A DNA stretch of 64,000 bases from Catajapyx aquilonaris (Eukaryota), in assembly GCA_000934665.2 (NCBI GenBank), contig KZ538003.1:1-64000 (forward strand). Reading direction: 5' to 3'. Positions 40,201-54,736 of the stretch are shown here, piece by piece; within the stretch, counting starts at the first letter, position 1, and each line of letters starts with the position of its first letter. The notes below the pieces were generated by a model. It worked only from the letters and a program-made list of their open reading frames with translations, did no database searches and was not told the origin of the DNA. The translations under genes were made by a program, and so were the position numbers.

Positions 40201-40753
40201 CAAAGTTGACCTCAGCAACTTTTCCTAATCAACTTTTGGGTGGGGGGAAGGGTGGGAGGAGAGGAGACGGGCCGGGGTCTAGTTAGGTCGGATATGAAAC
40301 GTTTATGAGGTGGGTTACAGTCCTTCCCCTTCGCCATAATTACCAAGTTAACTTTTAGCCTTCCTTTGGAAATTAGGTGCATCGTATTAATTTTAATCTT
40401 GCGCGGTCTAATCCACACAACTACCAAAGGACATGTCGCAAGGGGGAAAAGGAAAGGGGGAGGGATTTACATGCATGGAAACTAACTAGGGGGGCAAAAT
40501 TTGACCAATTTTCATAATTTGATTGCAGCCAGTGCTCGGAGTGAAACAGGGTCAGGTTTTGGCTGGATTCATCACTTTTTGTGAAAAATGTGCAAAATCA
40601 GGTAGAACATTTTTACACACAAACTATTGCGACAATATACGTATATCTTGATATTAATGATTGGCTGTGGCGTCGTCTAACTCCTCCCACGTCAATGGAG
40701 AGACGCAATTTGTCCTTATAGATAACAAAAAAAATTCGCGTATTTTCTTATTT

Positions 40754-41029
40754 TCCACTCATTTTTGAGTAATTTTCACTTGATTTGAATCCCACTTGTT
40801 TTGAGTGAAAGTCACTCGATCTCTTGAGTGATTTTCACTCATCAGAATGAGCAATCATTTAACTCATTGAAAAAGTAGTCTGTCACCTATTTTCATACTA
40901 CTTTCGAGTAATATTCAACTCGATTTGAGTGAAATTAAATCTTTGCCGTGGGAAATTCACTGAAAAATAGCATTTTGCGAAATTGCTCCTTTCTGGAGTG
41001 AAATCTTCACTCAATTTTTTTGTAGAGTA
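40754..41029. repeat. Degenerate palindromic GAGTGAA(A/T)..CACTC array (DNA-transposon-like)
   Basis: gagtaattttcactt, gagtgaaagtcactc, gagtgattttcactc and gagtgaaatcttcactc repeated; ends tttttttgtagagta. Related words at ~14773-14872 and ~19790-19845. Confidence 0.7.
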
Positions 41030-44000
41030 TGTTGTACGTGTGGATAAAAGTTTTTGGAATAAAATGTGTTGCAAATGAGCAATTGGACTCACATTTTGGA
41101 CTTTAAAAAAATTGCTTACATTTTGAATATTACTCGTACATGCGAAATTCACATCGACATGACGGTTCCAATTGACGAAATTTTTCACCCTGAAAAAAGT
41201 AAAGCTCTAGAAATCCAGCCATCTTGCAAGACAGATGAGCAGTTCATCAAGGAAGGTGTGCCCTCGCATTTAGTTATCGATCCCAGCGAGTTTCGTCGTT
41301 GTATAATTTTCAAATAACTCACTGACAGTCGGAGCCTATTCGCTCTTACATAAGCGGAACGGAGCCGATACGAACAAGAGGAGAGGGATCCACCCTCATA
41401 AAAAACCATCGGTCAGAGGCATTAAAGGAAATCAAGGGGAAGCGAGGTGTATTACAAGTGAGAAGAGCACCCCCAAAGCTTCACTCATTGTAATGGGGAG
41501 CCATTATCATTCCAGTCGAGTGACACACTCTTTCAGCAACAATGAAATATTATGGAATGGGGACTCTGACTATTCGAGATGGCGATCCGATTATATCCTG
41601 AGAGACGCAAGCCACCATGGGGCGGGTTTGAATTCATCAAGGAGGTATCATTATGGAAAGTAAGGTTCTTTTTGCTTCAGACGCCCCCTAATTATGATCC
41701 GCAGCGGGTGGCAATCCCATATTCTCGCCCCGTAAGATTGCTTTGTTTCACGCATAGCCTCGACAACTTGATTGGCCTGATAGCTATGGGGGTGGGAAGT
41801 AAATCGATTTTCAACGGTTTAAAAAAAAATCGCCTGGACTTTTATTGCCGGATATTGTCAAAAATTAATGAACTGGACGAGATTGGATTCTGACGGACAT
41901 GTTCTGCTTTTGAAATTCCATGTCGTAGTGAAATCCATTGGGCGACAGACTTGTCCGGGCTGTCAGGCTTGCAACTGGGGGGGATCAAACAAGGGAAACG
42001 ATTAACAATGCATGGATTTGACCAACTTTTTAGAAACCCGGTGACTGGCCGTCCATATACCGTCCTCGCAATATTGTAGGACTCCTCATATTGTTCCGCA
42101 TTATTGAGACCAGCCGGCCATTTTTTTTTCTTTCATATTCCAAATGTAATTTCCAGCATATCTTTTCGTCGGAAGGCATGTCGCGATAAGAGTCAGAGCA
42201 AATGAAAATGTAAGTTGGAGACACTGATGGCGCTTTTCCCCCTCTCCTGCAAGTAGGGGGTGAGGGGAGAAGGGGGGTAATTAATTAAACATGTCTTCCT
42301 TGACGATTTTAATACATGCCCTTTTGGTGGTGGCAGAGGGAGAGACAGAGCAGGCGGAAGGAAGAAGCAGGCCCGATTAGGCCCTTGAAAGGTGGATTAG
42401 GTCTTGCGGTCACAGGCTCTCTCCCCCCTCAAGAAGATCTCCAGCAACGTTTGGGTTGACGGCGTCGAGACAGACAGACAGCATCGCTTCCAAGCTTTGT
42501 ACACAATTAAGGATGCAGTAGGCAAGTTTTACAATGAATATCCGAGTGAGGATGCGCTGAAATGTTCATGGGCGAGAACCATTTGGATCCCGCGAGCTGG
42601 CGGAGAAAGTGCTTTCAAACGCGTCCTTTCCCCTCTGTTTGATAAACATTGGCAAGGAGAACAGAGCAAACCGACGGATATTTGGGTTCTCCTGCTGTAT
42701 AAAGTCCTCGAGTAAATTATCACTGTCGCAATTAGACGGGCGGGGCCACGACGGGGGAGGTTTTCTTCAGCAAAGTTTGGCTGGGGAATAAGCTCCCGTG
42801 TGTCAACCTGAGGGAAAAGAAAGGGCAACAAGTAAAGACGCTGAGGGGGTTACACATTTTCAAGCTGGAAGGAGTGTATTTTTCAGGCGATTTGATAAGC
42901 AATTTAGCGTGGGTTTAAGCCTGTCTATCTTGTTTGGAAGAGGAGTTTGCTCACTTTGCAAGGGAGTGACAAATGTTAGGTGGGGATCTGTGTCAACTTT
43001 GTTGGCAAACGATGCTTCACAGTGGAAGGACCATGACGTGAATTGACAAATAATATTAATAATATTTTTTTTGAAGACTCATCTTATGCTGCCCTCTCTC
43101 ATAAAGATTCCTGTTCCTCCCCCTGCCACCAGCAGGTAGACCTACATTAATTTTTGACCAGCCAGTAGAACCCCCTGCGAATCTCACTTTTCCGCGGTGA
43201 ATAATTCAGGAACCGTTTTTCGTGCAGGGGGTTTTCCCAGCCCCCCTCTGGCATAATCCGCCCTATGATGTGGCTGCAAAGTCGACTCTCCTGTCAACCA
43301 CAACTCTATTCTCTTCCTCTCGAGGCTCTTATAATTTATTTTTTTCAATATGCGCATATTTTCCGCATATATTCGGGAAGTGGAGTATCAATATTACTGT
43401 GGGGGTTTGCTCAGAATTGGCTTGTTCTGACAGTCGGCGTCGAAAAATTGAACTGAACGTAACCGATCGTATCCCCCCCCCCCTCTCCCTCAGAAAGATT
43501 GATAGGCAAGGCACCCCAAACGATATCTGCGTAATGATAACCGTGCGGATTTGGTAGACAGGACTCTATTGAAATAATGCAGCGGCAGCCTGTAATCAGC
43601 CCGGTTTTGATAGATAGCACCGGAATCGACGGCCAAGAATGAACCGTCACGATTGGAAATATTTGCAAGGGAAGGACAGTGAGGGAGATTGGCCCACCCT
43701 TTTTTTGACGTAATTTTTAGGGGGGTGAATCGAGCTCCCGTCATCATGGGTCCTTTTATGCCTCTTGATTGCGGATTTTGCCTCGAAGCCTGCTATTTCC
43801 CTAGGCCTGCGCATTTTTTGGAGGGATTCAAATCTAAGTCGAGTATCGGGGACATGGAGAAGATTCGTGGACTTTTTTGGCTTAGCAATCTCCGTCTGCT
43901 TATAAATTGTAACGTGAGGGGATTACCATAATGATATCTCCTGAGACGTAGAGATTGGCCCGCATATCGGTGCACTTATGGCTATTATGGAGCTGCTTTT

Positions 44001-47000
44001 TTGACCGACCTGAATTTTTTAAAACTGCTATTCAGATGTGTAACCAGCCTCAACGCATAAATTGCGTAAGTTAACTACTTTTCGTGACATTTATATTGGC
44101 GCACACAAAAGCACAGTTGCTGCCTAGTAGCTATAATATCGAAACCATATCTATGATCGAAAAGGTATTGATTATTACATTATATGGTCTCCATTACAAG
44201 TGAACCACATTAAATAAAACAACCATTTTGACATAACTAATCGAAAATAAAGATTACATGCTGGTGAATACAGAAAATCCTGGATTGCTAGCTCATTACG
44301 AAAATTTAGGACTGAATGTATACAATCCCGGTGATAGAGCAGAAAGATGCTATTTATTGTTGAAAATAACTCAAAGCCAGACCAAAATTATTATCTGAAG
44401 AAATTGCCATTTTTTTGGTTAAAAACAGGAATAGGCTAAAAATTGTTTCCCCTCTCTCTTCCGGTGGAAATAAGGCGGGAAGGTTGAACAAGAAACTAAT
44501 GGGATCGTATATTTTTATTGGTGGAAACTTAACTGTCTCGTTTGGAAGCGGGAGTAAGGAGTGTAACATGGCAAACAGTGGGAGCCTAAAACCCAGCAGC
44601 CTCCATGTCATTTGGGCCTTTAAATGGGTTTAGAAGCAGGCCATCTCGAGGCTCTATTCCAAACGGGGGGCAGGAAATGCACTCGACATTTTCTTGCTAT
44701 CGTGCTACAAAAATGCTATACATACTTTATAGACTCTGAAGGCCCCCCCTCTCCTCCTCCGGATTGAGAGGATCGATCCCTTTCTCTGACGCCCTTTAAA
44801 GTGCTTCGAAGAGTATCTTTGTCGCTCTAATCAGCAACTGTCAGCACTATTTTTATACCCGTCACTATTCTTTATCGCTCAATTAGGACGCTTCAGTTTT
44901 TGTTTGTTCGTCATTTTGCAAAGGGGTTATTTTTTTTCAATTTTATCGACAAAATATATTTTCTACCTGTTACATTTTCTTGGCACTTTTGGTAAGGTGA
45001 GAAAAGGAGCTGGAGAGTTTCCACAGGAAAAGAATTGGGGGGGCGGTGGGGCCGAGTCAGGTGTACATAGTTGGAAAAGAAGATTGGGGGGAAGGGAAAA
45101 AGTTCCCCAGATGGACTCGTTCGAGTTCCATTCGGACTGTTCCCTTGCCCACTCCAGACCACTTAATTATAATGTCTGCTTGCAGGCGAGGTGTGTGAAC
45201 CGCTCCATGCTCGCCAGAAGAAGCAAAAAGAAAGAAAAAAAGGTAGAAAAGAAGAAAAAAAAGATATATAAATGGAGTCTTGTTATTGGTGGAAGGGAAA
45301 GAAAACTCACAGGCTGGCCTCCCCTCGAAAATGAATTTCAAAAGACGTATGATCTCATTTTCAGGCTGAATGATTGTGAGAATGCACGCAAAAAAGGATT
45401 ACAATCACAGCTTTTTTTGGGGGCTATTACTATAGCTCCCAACGCTAGTCTTGTAGATTCGCCAATAAATGAGGCGAAAAATAAGCTGTTTGCCTAAGAC
45501 CGTGCCTGGAAAACGAACCTAACGAGTCATTTAACTCTTTTCGGACGGGAGCTGGAGGGTGAAAAAGAGACACTCCAATGCCCAACAACGCTTTATTGAT
45601 ACCATTACGTATACTTGCTACCGAATATATTCTTCAGGATTTATTCTTAAAGTTGGAATTTTCCGGATCGTAACCTTTTCCAGCGTTGTTGTTTTTTCTC
45701 TCTCCAGTAGTGAGTGGATTACGGTCCACTTTACAACAGGGCGTTAGGACCTCACGCTATCAGTACAAACAGTTAAGAGACAATTGGCTGTATGGTGGAC
45801 ATACCCACGGATTCTCTTATATGAAACCAACTCACAGTATTTTTTTTAAAACCCTAGGACTAATTCTGGGCTGGCTTAATGTTAATTTGATCGTTTTGCG
45901 CGTTGCTTTAAAAGTGAGTATCCATTAAGACTTTAAAAGAGGGAGAAGAGTGTTGCACAATGAAATGTTGCCGTAATTTACAGCCCGAGAGAGAGGCATA
46001 TACAGTTAATTCCGAGTGGCCTACTCTGCTCGGTTCCTGCGGCCTTAAAGAGGTAGATTGGTGCACTTCCGGAGCATGACTGACGATTCAAAAGCCACTT
46101 TGTGCTCAGGGGATGTCCAACAGGGGGGGTCAGTTCGTCTCTTTTCACAGGATGTCACATGGTACGCAGAAAAATCCAAATGTTGGAGCAAAACCACACT
46201 TTATGTATAAAATATGTTAGGTTAACCATTTAGCCAAAATATTACTGAATTATATATTTAATTTTTAAAATATTTATATGAGCAAGTGAAGAACTTACAC
46301 AATAGGCCTAACATTTGCAAAAGTGTCCAACATAGACGGGTTACCCCAACTATATCTTGGGTTAATTGAATTTAATCAATTAGTCTTAATTTTTGAATAG
46401 GGAGCAAGGAAAGTCAAAAAATTAAGGAATTGGTATTTTTTATACATTTCCGCTTTCGGGTGGTGTTTAATGCTGATTCGACGTCGTGGACGTGAAGAAG
46501 TAAGGGGAGAAAAAAAAAGTTTGAGAGCAAGAGAAAGGATATGGCCTAATGAGTTCCTTTGTGGAGGAACAACTCTTCTTTTTTTTATCCAGCTAACAAG
46601 GCGCGACGACAAAACCCAATTTGCGTTTCTTCTTAATTTGATGCGCCTCCAATCCAACCCCCCTCTTCGTAAACTCCAGCCATTCATTAGCCGCTGAGGG
46701 AACCGGACACAAGCGGCAATAATTGGCCAAGCAAATAACCCGCGCCTGATACCTGCAGCCACTGGATATTAACGCCCAAATATTATGCTGACTAGCTGGG
46801 ACATTCGGTTCAAAAAAAATCTATGTACAATGTGGTCCAATTGAATTATTATCTGAAGCTGGGCATGATAATTACTGCTTGTTAAGATGTTTAAATTAGA
46901 GTGCGATTCCTGTGCGATTCGTGTTTGTTTTATACATGACCATATATAGTAGTTGTCAGGCGCATTCTTGGATGATTGAATTGACACCCGGGGCGGATCA

Positions 47001-50000
47001 ATCCCTTGCACCGACAGTTGCGGTGCAGGCCCTTCCAACAATGGGGTGACTATGGGGCATAACCCAGCGGCGGGTCTGGTCAAGAGGCCATTATCCACTC
47101 TGTTTTTGGACCCTCCAGCACCACATTTTTTCCCCCCCCATCCAACCAGTAGAGGATTGCTGCCCCCAACTAGAATTGGTGTTGGTTTTGAGGCGGCTCA
47201 TATAAAGACAGGGGGGCCCTCTGCCAAGCAGAGAGGTAAACAGAGGAATATTAGAACTACTTTAGACTGCAAACACTCTAATGATGGGGCTGTACTGTAA
47301 TTTCCGGAAGGATCTCCATTATCCAACTCATAAACGTTGAGCTTGGGTAGGAGGATTCAGTGATTTCATTCCTGACGATGCGCTGCGGCCAACCGCGTTT
47401 CAAACAGCAGGCCTAATTCGTCGAGCAAAGAAAAATGAACGCTGCAACTCTCTGGAGTTTGAACTGCCTGGTGTGGTTATAGCTGAATTGGGGGCTCCTT
47501 GTGTACCTTGTCGCTGGAGTTTAAGCTTTGTCTTTAGAACCCCAGGGCCGCCCCACCACCACTGCAAGCAGAGCTCAATTCAAAATTTTATTTACATGAT
47601 ACCACCATTTCATGGGGTTTTTTCCCCCCAGACGAGTTCTGGCCCTTAAAACCAATTTTTCTAGTTACAGACTTCAAAATTCTGATTGATAAAAAGTAAT
47701 GGTCGTGCGAAGCCACGTCGCGACCACACACAAATCAGGCACAATTGGACTGCAAAAATATAGTTTTTTTTTGTTCCAAGTCGTTGGCAAAAGTAGACAA
47801 GTTGGAATAATTGGCACGTCGCTGCAGATGGCGGGGAAAGGACCAGCGCAAAGAACTCTCCAAATAGCCAACTTGAGGACGAGGAACAACGACGAGGAGA
47901 GGGGCTAACAAGCCGACTTTGACAAGAGGCAAAAAAGAAATAGTATTGGGCACACTTTGACTATGTCCTTCCAATTTTTAAGGATAGATCCAATCAGAGT
48001 TGAAAATCCGGAGAAATTGGCAGTGTATAGTGTGATAAGTCTCTGGACACTTTTCCACATCAGGGGCTGTATAACTCTTTTTTTTTCAATCATGACGCAC
48101 ATTAAGTGGATTTTATGCATGGAAAGGGAGATTACGAGGCTTTGTTGCCCGTAATTTTGCCCCGTGGCTTTTTTTCTGCACAGAATGAACGGTACCCCCT
48201 CGTAGACCCCCGTAGAATGAGATTCGCAAGTTTAATATGTCAGGATATTGATGAGTTGACTGGCACTATTTGCCTTCAAGTGCGCTGTCGGAATTTAATT
48301 TCGGGAGAGGGGGTAAAAATCCTAACGAGGGATTTTTCTCCCTGCAAATTGAGCCGTTTAGACACTGCGAATTTTTTTTTTGCAAAAAAACTGCTATATA
48401 AGTAACCATGAAATCAGCTAGCTGGTGGCTTCCTCGCCCGATTGGTAAAATCACATTCGATTCAAAATTCGTCGCTCTTTTTAAAGCATTTTTTTCTCTC
48501 TCCAAAATTGTAATGAGCTACTTCAACCCTTGCTAAAATAATATTAGTTAAAAAAATCCGAACTCCCCCCTCTTTCTCTTTGTTCTACTCCAAATAACTT
48601 CCCTTCCGAAATCCTTGTATTTCACCACGACCAATCAATCATAAGGAAATCTGTGGAAATGACTAATCGCCTTTGCGTGACGCGAACTTGGGGGGAAAAT
48701 GAAAGTGGCGGGTAACAAACTTACAGGGGCTGCCTCATTTCCTGACTGGCAGCTTTATTTCCGCGCAGCTCCCATGGTTTTGCATTGCTTCCAAGCCGAC
48801 AGCTTCACTCTTTTATTACTCAAAACAGGAGGAAGGAATTTTCACTCTCCTGTGGGTTCCCCCCCTCTCGTACATTGCACCCTCCAAATTGGATTTTCAT
48901 TCGTAGAATAGACGTTCTTGCCCGGACAAACAGAGGCACAGCCAACTCTATAATATGTCCCAGTTTGTTCCTATATTATTTATTTTCTATGAGTTTTTTG
49001 ATGGATTGACAGCCCCAATTGAAACCAGGTCTGGTCTCAGTATGTGATCTGAATCTTTGACCAGTTTTTTGGACATCCCTGGCCAGCTCGGACCGGGGCA
49101 TCTACCACCACTTTATTCCTCCTTTCCCTCCCTTTTTCCACCTTCGCTGCCGGCACTTGAAGCAACGGAAATTGCGTTCTAGAGGCTAGGGATGGAGTGA
49201 GGCCGAATGGAAAGCCTTCGCAAGGCAGGCACCTGAAAGACAGGCCTACTTCAAATGTAAAAGGAAATCTGCGTTCCCTCTAAATGGACAGATGCGCCGT
49301 TTTCCCCTCTACCCCCCTCCCCCCCTTCCTCTGAAAAGTGGAAGTGGGAGGGATGTATCCGTAGTGGGTTGCATTACCCGTGAATGAAAGCAATTTCATG
49401 TCCCGAGCAATCCGATTCGGTCAAGATGTCAGGAAGGCTTTTAAAACACGCTCATAGTTCACGCGCGCTCCGGAATGGGTTAAAAGTCTCCTGTGTATTT
49501 TAGAAGCATTTTCCGCAAGCTTTTAATACTCGCCTTTGGCTGCAGGCTGCCGAGAAAGGCTCTTGGCAGCAGAGTGGGAGTGAGGGAGGGGAAAGAGGGG
49601 GGAAAGGCAGAGGGGAGTGGGGAGGTTTTTGGGATGAAAAAGAGAAAGAGGGTAGAGAGACAAACCATTCATATTACTTTGTGGGGAGAATGGGGAAGCC
49701 TTGTGGGCCTTGTAAGTCTCGTGTGTGTCGAGAGAGCAATGCCGTGCTGAATGACTTGGGCACGCCATAAACCTATACAATCCTCCGAATTGGATTTGGA
49801 AGCTGTACTTGTCCCACCAAGAAGAAAAAAAAGGTAGAGTCGAAACCGGAGGAAAAGGGCAATCCGATTTGCCACATGTAACACCCCCAACCCATTTCAT
49901 TTACATACTAGGCTTTCCGGCCAATAAGGAAGCGGCCCAAAATATACCTCGTAAATATGTCAGATCGAGCACCTACAGGAGGGGGGGGGGGGGACAAACA

Positions 50001-51729
50001 GCCAATAAAAACACTATTTCTTCCTTAGAGAGATGCTGGATTTTTTGATGCAGAATTTTTGCAACATGAGCTCTCTCTCCAACACCTGCGAACACCGCAA
50101 AACACAGTGTGTGTGTGTGTGTGGAGAAACACAGCCAGCCGGCGTAATGATAAGCCCTTTATAGGCCTCTCATAAATTTGCTGCGGGAATTGTCATGCAA
50201 TTTCCCCCCACCGTGGCTAACAACATTACAGCATTTACGCCGAAACGTCACGCGTCTCTATCAGCATTACGGAGTGTAATGTGGGCGTAATATCATTGCC
50301 TCGGGGAGCCTGGGATTTCCAGTTTTTTGGGGGGAGGACGGGGAACATGAGAGGACCTACCTTAAGGCAGCACCCCCCAAACTCTCTAAGGCGCATTTAA
50401 CCTCTCCATCCTGTCCCAAGTGAGCAGCACCTGCAAGTGATTTGGCTCAGATCGATTCTCACTTGTCGAATAGTACTCACCCGCGTTTCCTGAAGTCATA
50501 TGGCTCGATCGAGTGGCTTTCGAGGGAATTTGGGATGTCGGGATCAGGGAAGAGTGCATATTCTAACAGCACTTGGCATCCGTCGAAGGATTCTTTTCCC
50601 TTCTTGCCATTAGGCCATCCCTAGAGGAAGCAATGTAGAAAGATTTGTTCCCCCCAGTACAATCAGACGACATGTCACAACAAACAGACCAATTAGCGCT
50701 CATGTAACATCCTGTATAACCGAAAAATTGAGTCGTTATTGGCTATGCGCATGTGCAAGTTGCTCCCAAGTGGCAGTTGGTGTAAAGAGTCACGCCCCAG
50801 CTGAAGCAGTACACTCTAGGAAAACTCTAATTTCAAGCTTGAACGATGATGATAAAGCGGCGTATCCGTGTCATACGCGTGATTCTTCCCAGGAAAAGAG
50901 GGCCCCAGTGGCGGATGATTACACGGAGCGGGCCAGGAGAAATCACCGGTTTGCATGCAATTGTTAGGAGTAGAGAGAGAGAAAAAAAAACACGAAGTAA
51001 GGATCTGCTGCCTGCGGAGTTGTGGGGGGTAAAGGCATAAAGAATGCGGGAGAAAAGCGTGCAAATGTTTGCGCGACCCTCCCCGAAATATATTTGCTGA
51101 GTGTAATGTGATGGCGCCTGCTATCTTATTCAAATGTGGTGGTGGCACGCTCGGTGGCTCCGCATAGGATCCCGCTGTCAACATTGCTCGCCATTTCCCA
51201 TTTCACTTAAGCAAACGTTTCGCCTCATCTACAAATCCTCTCGCCAACATTCAAATTAGTTTGCCTCGGGAATGCCAAGGTCTGCGTTATTGTATGGTAT
51301 GGGGAGGTGGCCATGATTTTCAAAAATTTGCCTGGAGGACTAGGTCACCATTTGACAACGTTGCAAGGTTGGAATATGCTGGCGGAAGAATCGAGTTAGA
51401 TGAAGAAAAAAATAACGTGGACAGTAATGCATGATTCCATCTCCGGCTGCGGTTCCCTAGTTTCCAAAGTTGCCATGGCGAGGCTTCTGCCCCATACGTC
51501 TTCTCCGGGAGTGCGTGTGGAGAGAGGAGACCTCCAACACCGAATAACTTTTGGCACCACGTGCTCCGGATATGCGCTCAATTAGACAGCTGCGACGCTC
51601 ATTTGTTTTCGGCGCCCCAACCCGCCAAACGGAGGCGCCCGCTAATGTGTCAAGTCTCCGAACGCTAAAAATCCGAGGCCTGCATTCAAATGGGGCAATT
51701 CTCTCGGATTCGCCATGTTTCATAAAGTT

Positions 51730-52007
51730 TTACAAGCAGAAAATAACGGGTTGGCTAAAAAGCAGGTAGTGATCATTGCTATTTTTAAATAGTTGTAACA
51801 GCTGGGTCAAAAATCGCAGTGTGACTTGGAACGTTGCTATTTTATTTCCATGACGTTTTAAAGGCTCGGTTTACAGCAGAATAAGGGGTTAGCTAAAAGC
51901 AGCTATTGATCACTGCTATTTTTAAACAGCAGTAACAGTGGGTCAAAAATAACCGGGTGTTAGCAAGGTTGCCATTTTATTTTAGCACTGTTTTTAAGGC
52001 TCGGTTT
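51730..52007. repeat. Degenerate ~135-140 bp tandem duplication
   Basis: Two colinear units (ttac..gcagaa..gggtt.gctaaaa..gatca.tgctatttttaaa..gtaacag..gggtcaaaaat..gttgc.attttattt..ggctcggttt) starting at 51730 and 51871. Confidence 0.85.
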
Positions 52008-54416
52008 CGATTCTAGGTCCATTTTAAGGAGGGCAGGGTGCGAAATAAAGCATACAGGAGTCGAATGTGCTAACATGGGAACCTATACACGTTATATAGG
52101 TTGGATGTCTGTGGGGGTAGGAGGGGAAGGGGGTGAGGGGTGCACCCCCCAGGCGGCGACGGGAAATGAGCTGTCCCCGCGTCTCCTTTTTCCCTGGGCG
52201 CTGGGCCTGATTAGGCAGTGACAATAGCACTCAATCAGCCAAGCATGGACTAATTGACCAACCCTGGCGTAACGAGGCGTTCAGAATGCGCCTAATTATC
52301 TCAACTTGAGCTCACAACCGACGCGGCGCTGCACCTGTTTAACCAAATAATAAGAGCTTTCTCTCTGTCTGCCTTTCCTCCTGTGTGTTGGTCCTCATTT
52401 AACGCTGCAGGTCGCCTCCAGCGTTTGCTTCTGATGTGGGCAGGGGAGGGCTGGGGAGGGTAGAGAGAGAGAGAGGGAGGGGGTTGGAATAATGTATTTT
52501 GCCTCGTCGACGTCATTGAATAAGGACCGTCCTGATGTGTATCTAAGCCTAAGCCTATTTCCTTCCTACCCTACCCCAGTTTACATATAATATCAGAGGG
52601 TAATTCAGACGGAGCAAAAGGGCCAAGCCATGTTGCCAGATTGCGTTTGTGCCCACAATGGCCAGGGACAGTGTTGCACTTGCATGTGACATGTTTATCT
52701 GGCCAACTCATTGGGGGTGTCAGTTTCAGTTGGTGAATATATGCTGGTATTAGCTATCAATATTTCAGCTGCTACATTTTGTGTGGAGTTGAGACAGGTG
52801 GGACACATCCCAACATCGGATGATTTAGTGCACACCCTGTCCTTTTTCACACACAAAAAAAAACCTCATGCGATTTAGATGTTCCTTTCGAAAACTGTCT
52901 TACATGTAAACTAGGCCGTAAAGTGCCAGCAATTTACGAGTTGATACGTCCATGCAATTCATAAGGCAGAGCAGTGCCAAAGAGTCGGGGAGAGGCCCTA
53001 GGGAGTAAACCTCGTCCAAAAAAAAAGAGTGTGTTTGAAGCAATCTTTCTCGCTTGCTGAGGTGGCGAGAGGATTCTTTTCTTCTTCTTCTTCTTTTTTT
53101 TTCTCTCTTTCCTGCGGCTAGATGATGCCGAGGAGTAGTCGGATAAGTGGGCAAACTGTTTGTTTCCTTGAGCGCTTCTCATCCGTTTGGAGGCGCTTCG
53201 GGTGCGGGCAAGACTGGCGTGGATGATGCGGAAAATTTTATAGGAGCGCACCTTTTTTTTCTTTTCTTAGGGGGGGGGGGCGACAAAATCGCGCCTGACA
53301 GAAAGAATGAAGCGGGAAGGGGCCATAAAAGGAATGAAAACTGTCCGAATGACCGTTTCCGTATACACACACACACACACAGAAGAAGACGGCGTCGAGA
53401 AGATTCCCCGCTTCCTTTTACTTACATACGGGGATATTCCCAAGGATTCAAGGGAAAAGGGGGGCTGTAAAAGTTTTCTCCGCTTATTGCCGGATGGGTT
53501 GTATCAAAGTAGGAGGGGGTGGAGCATTATGAAATGAAACTGGAGGAAAAGGGGGGGCGTTTTATGCGCGGCAAACGCAGCTGACACTCGGCTAATGTTG
53601 TGGATGGACTTAGAGGCTGCGGAGTTTCGAGGCTGGCACAATTCATTGCAAACAAGTGGCGGCAGTTGAGGCTTTCAGCGACAATTAGCACCCGGGACTC
53701 ACAATCGCCTAATGGGTCGGGATAGAGGAAGCTATGGACAGCAGCAGACAACGGAAGGGAAGGAAATGGTGGGGCGCATTGTCTTTTCATCCTGACGTGT
53801 AGGCAACTTAAGAGCCTCTCTTGTTAGACGGGTTGTATGACATGCAGGCGCTGTTGCCAGATGGAGTCATAGCCACTGGGGGGGTCAAAAAATGTGTAGA
53901 CTACTGAGAATCAATGAACGCAATTATAGAGTTTTTTTCCACTAATAAACGGTATGATATGAAACCATGTTTTACAAAAATGCAATCACATATCCCAGTG
54001 ATTTATGATCGTTCAATATAAAAAAATAGAGGGGGTTAGAACCGGAAAAAAATGAAATGGGGATAGTCGGTGGGGAAAAAGAAAGTAGTGCAGCAGCAGG
54101 AGCGGCGGCGGCAGCAGCCGAGCAGCAACGCCAGCAGCTTTCGTTCTATTGATATTTCATACCTTAAAAGCTGCGCATTCAATTACACAATGCAATCAGG
54201 GGGAAACTCCATTCCATAGCCGGCGCTGTCCATTGATCTGCCGTCACCAGAAGATGAAGAGCCTAGATTTATACAGAAGCCGGCGCAAAACTCAAGTTAA
54301 CAGGAGCGCTCGGCTGGAGCCGGAGACGCCATCTACGAGCACCCAGACGCCTTTTCTTCCTCAAGGCTCCTTTCTGCCCAAAATCACACGCCCAGCACCT
54401 ATAACCACCGCTTCTA

Positions 54417-54736
54417 CAGGGTGCTCCATAGTATTACAGTAAAAAGCAGAAAATATTTGCATAGCTGTTCTTCAAAAGTAGCTGCTACTTTTTGGTATTA
54501 TTTTGTGGGCCGAAAATAGCAATAGCGACAAACATGCCTCGAAATTTGTGTAACCTTTTTCTACGCTGGATAGCTATTATTTCTGAAACCAGAGTAGGTA
54601 ATTGATGCCACAAGAACAGTGAGAATGTCCCGAATGAAAGCTAGTAGACTTTGCTGGTTTTGGGTGCTTTCAGTTGCTACAAATAACATATTGGAAATAG
54701 CTACATAAGCAACGTACCTTGTAGGACCACCCCCTG
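54417..54736. mobile_element. Degenerate TA-CAGGGTG MITE
   Basis: ta-cagggtgctcc ... ggaccaccccctg-ca imperfect inverted ends around an AT-rich interior with atagctg/gtagctgctacttt motifs, also present in the 2047 MITE arms. Confidence 0.5.

Noticed and set aside
44904..45497. Longest ORF in the track (197 aa)
   Set aside because: Non-ATG start, built from poly-G and A/AG-rich low-complexity tracts, and no recognisable domain.
54089..54138. (GCA/GCG)n tract resembling a polyQ/polyA transcription-factor exon
   Set aside because: Not within a supported ORF or bounded by good splice sites.
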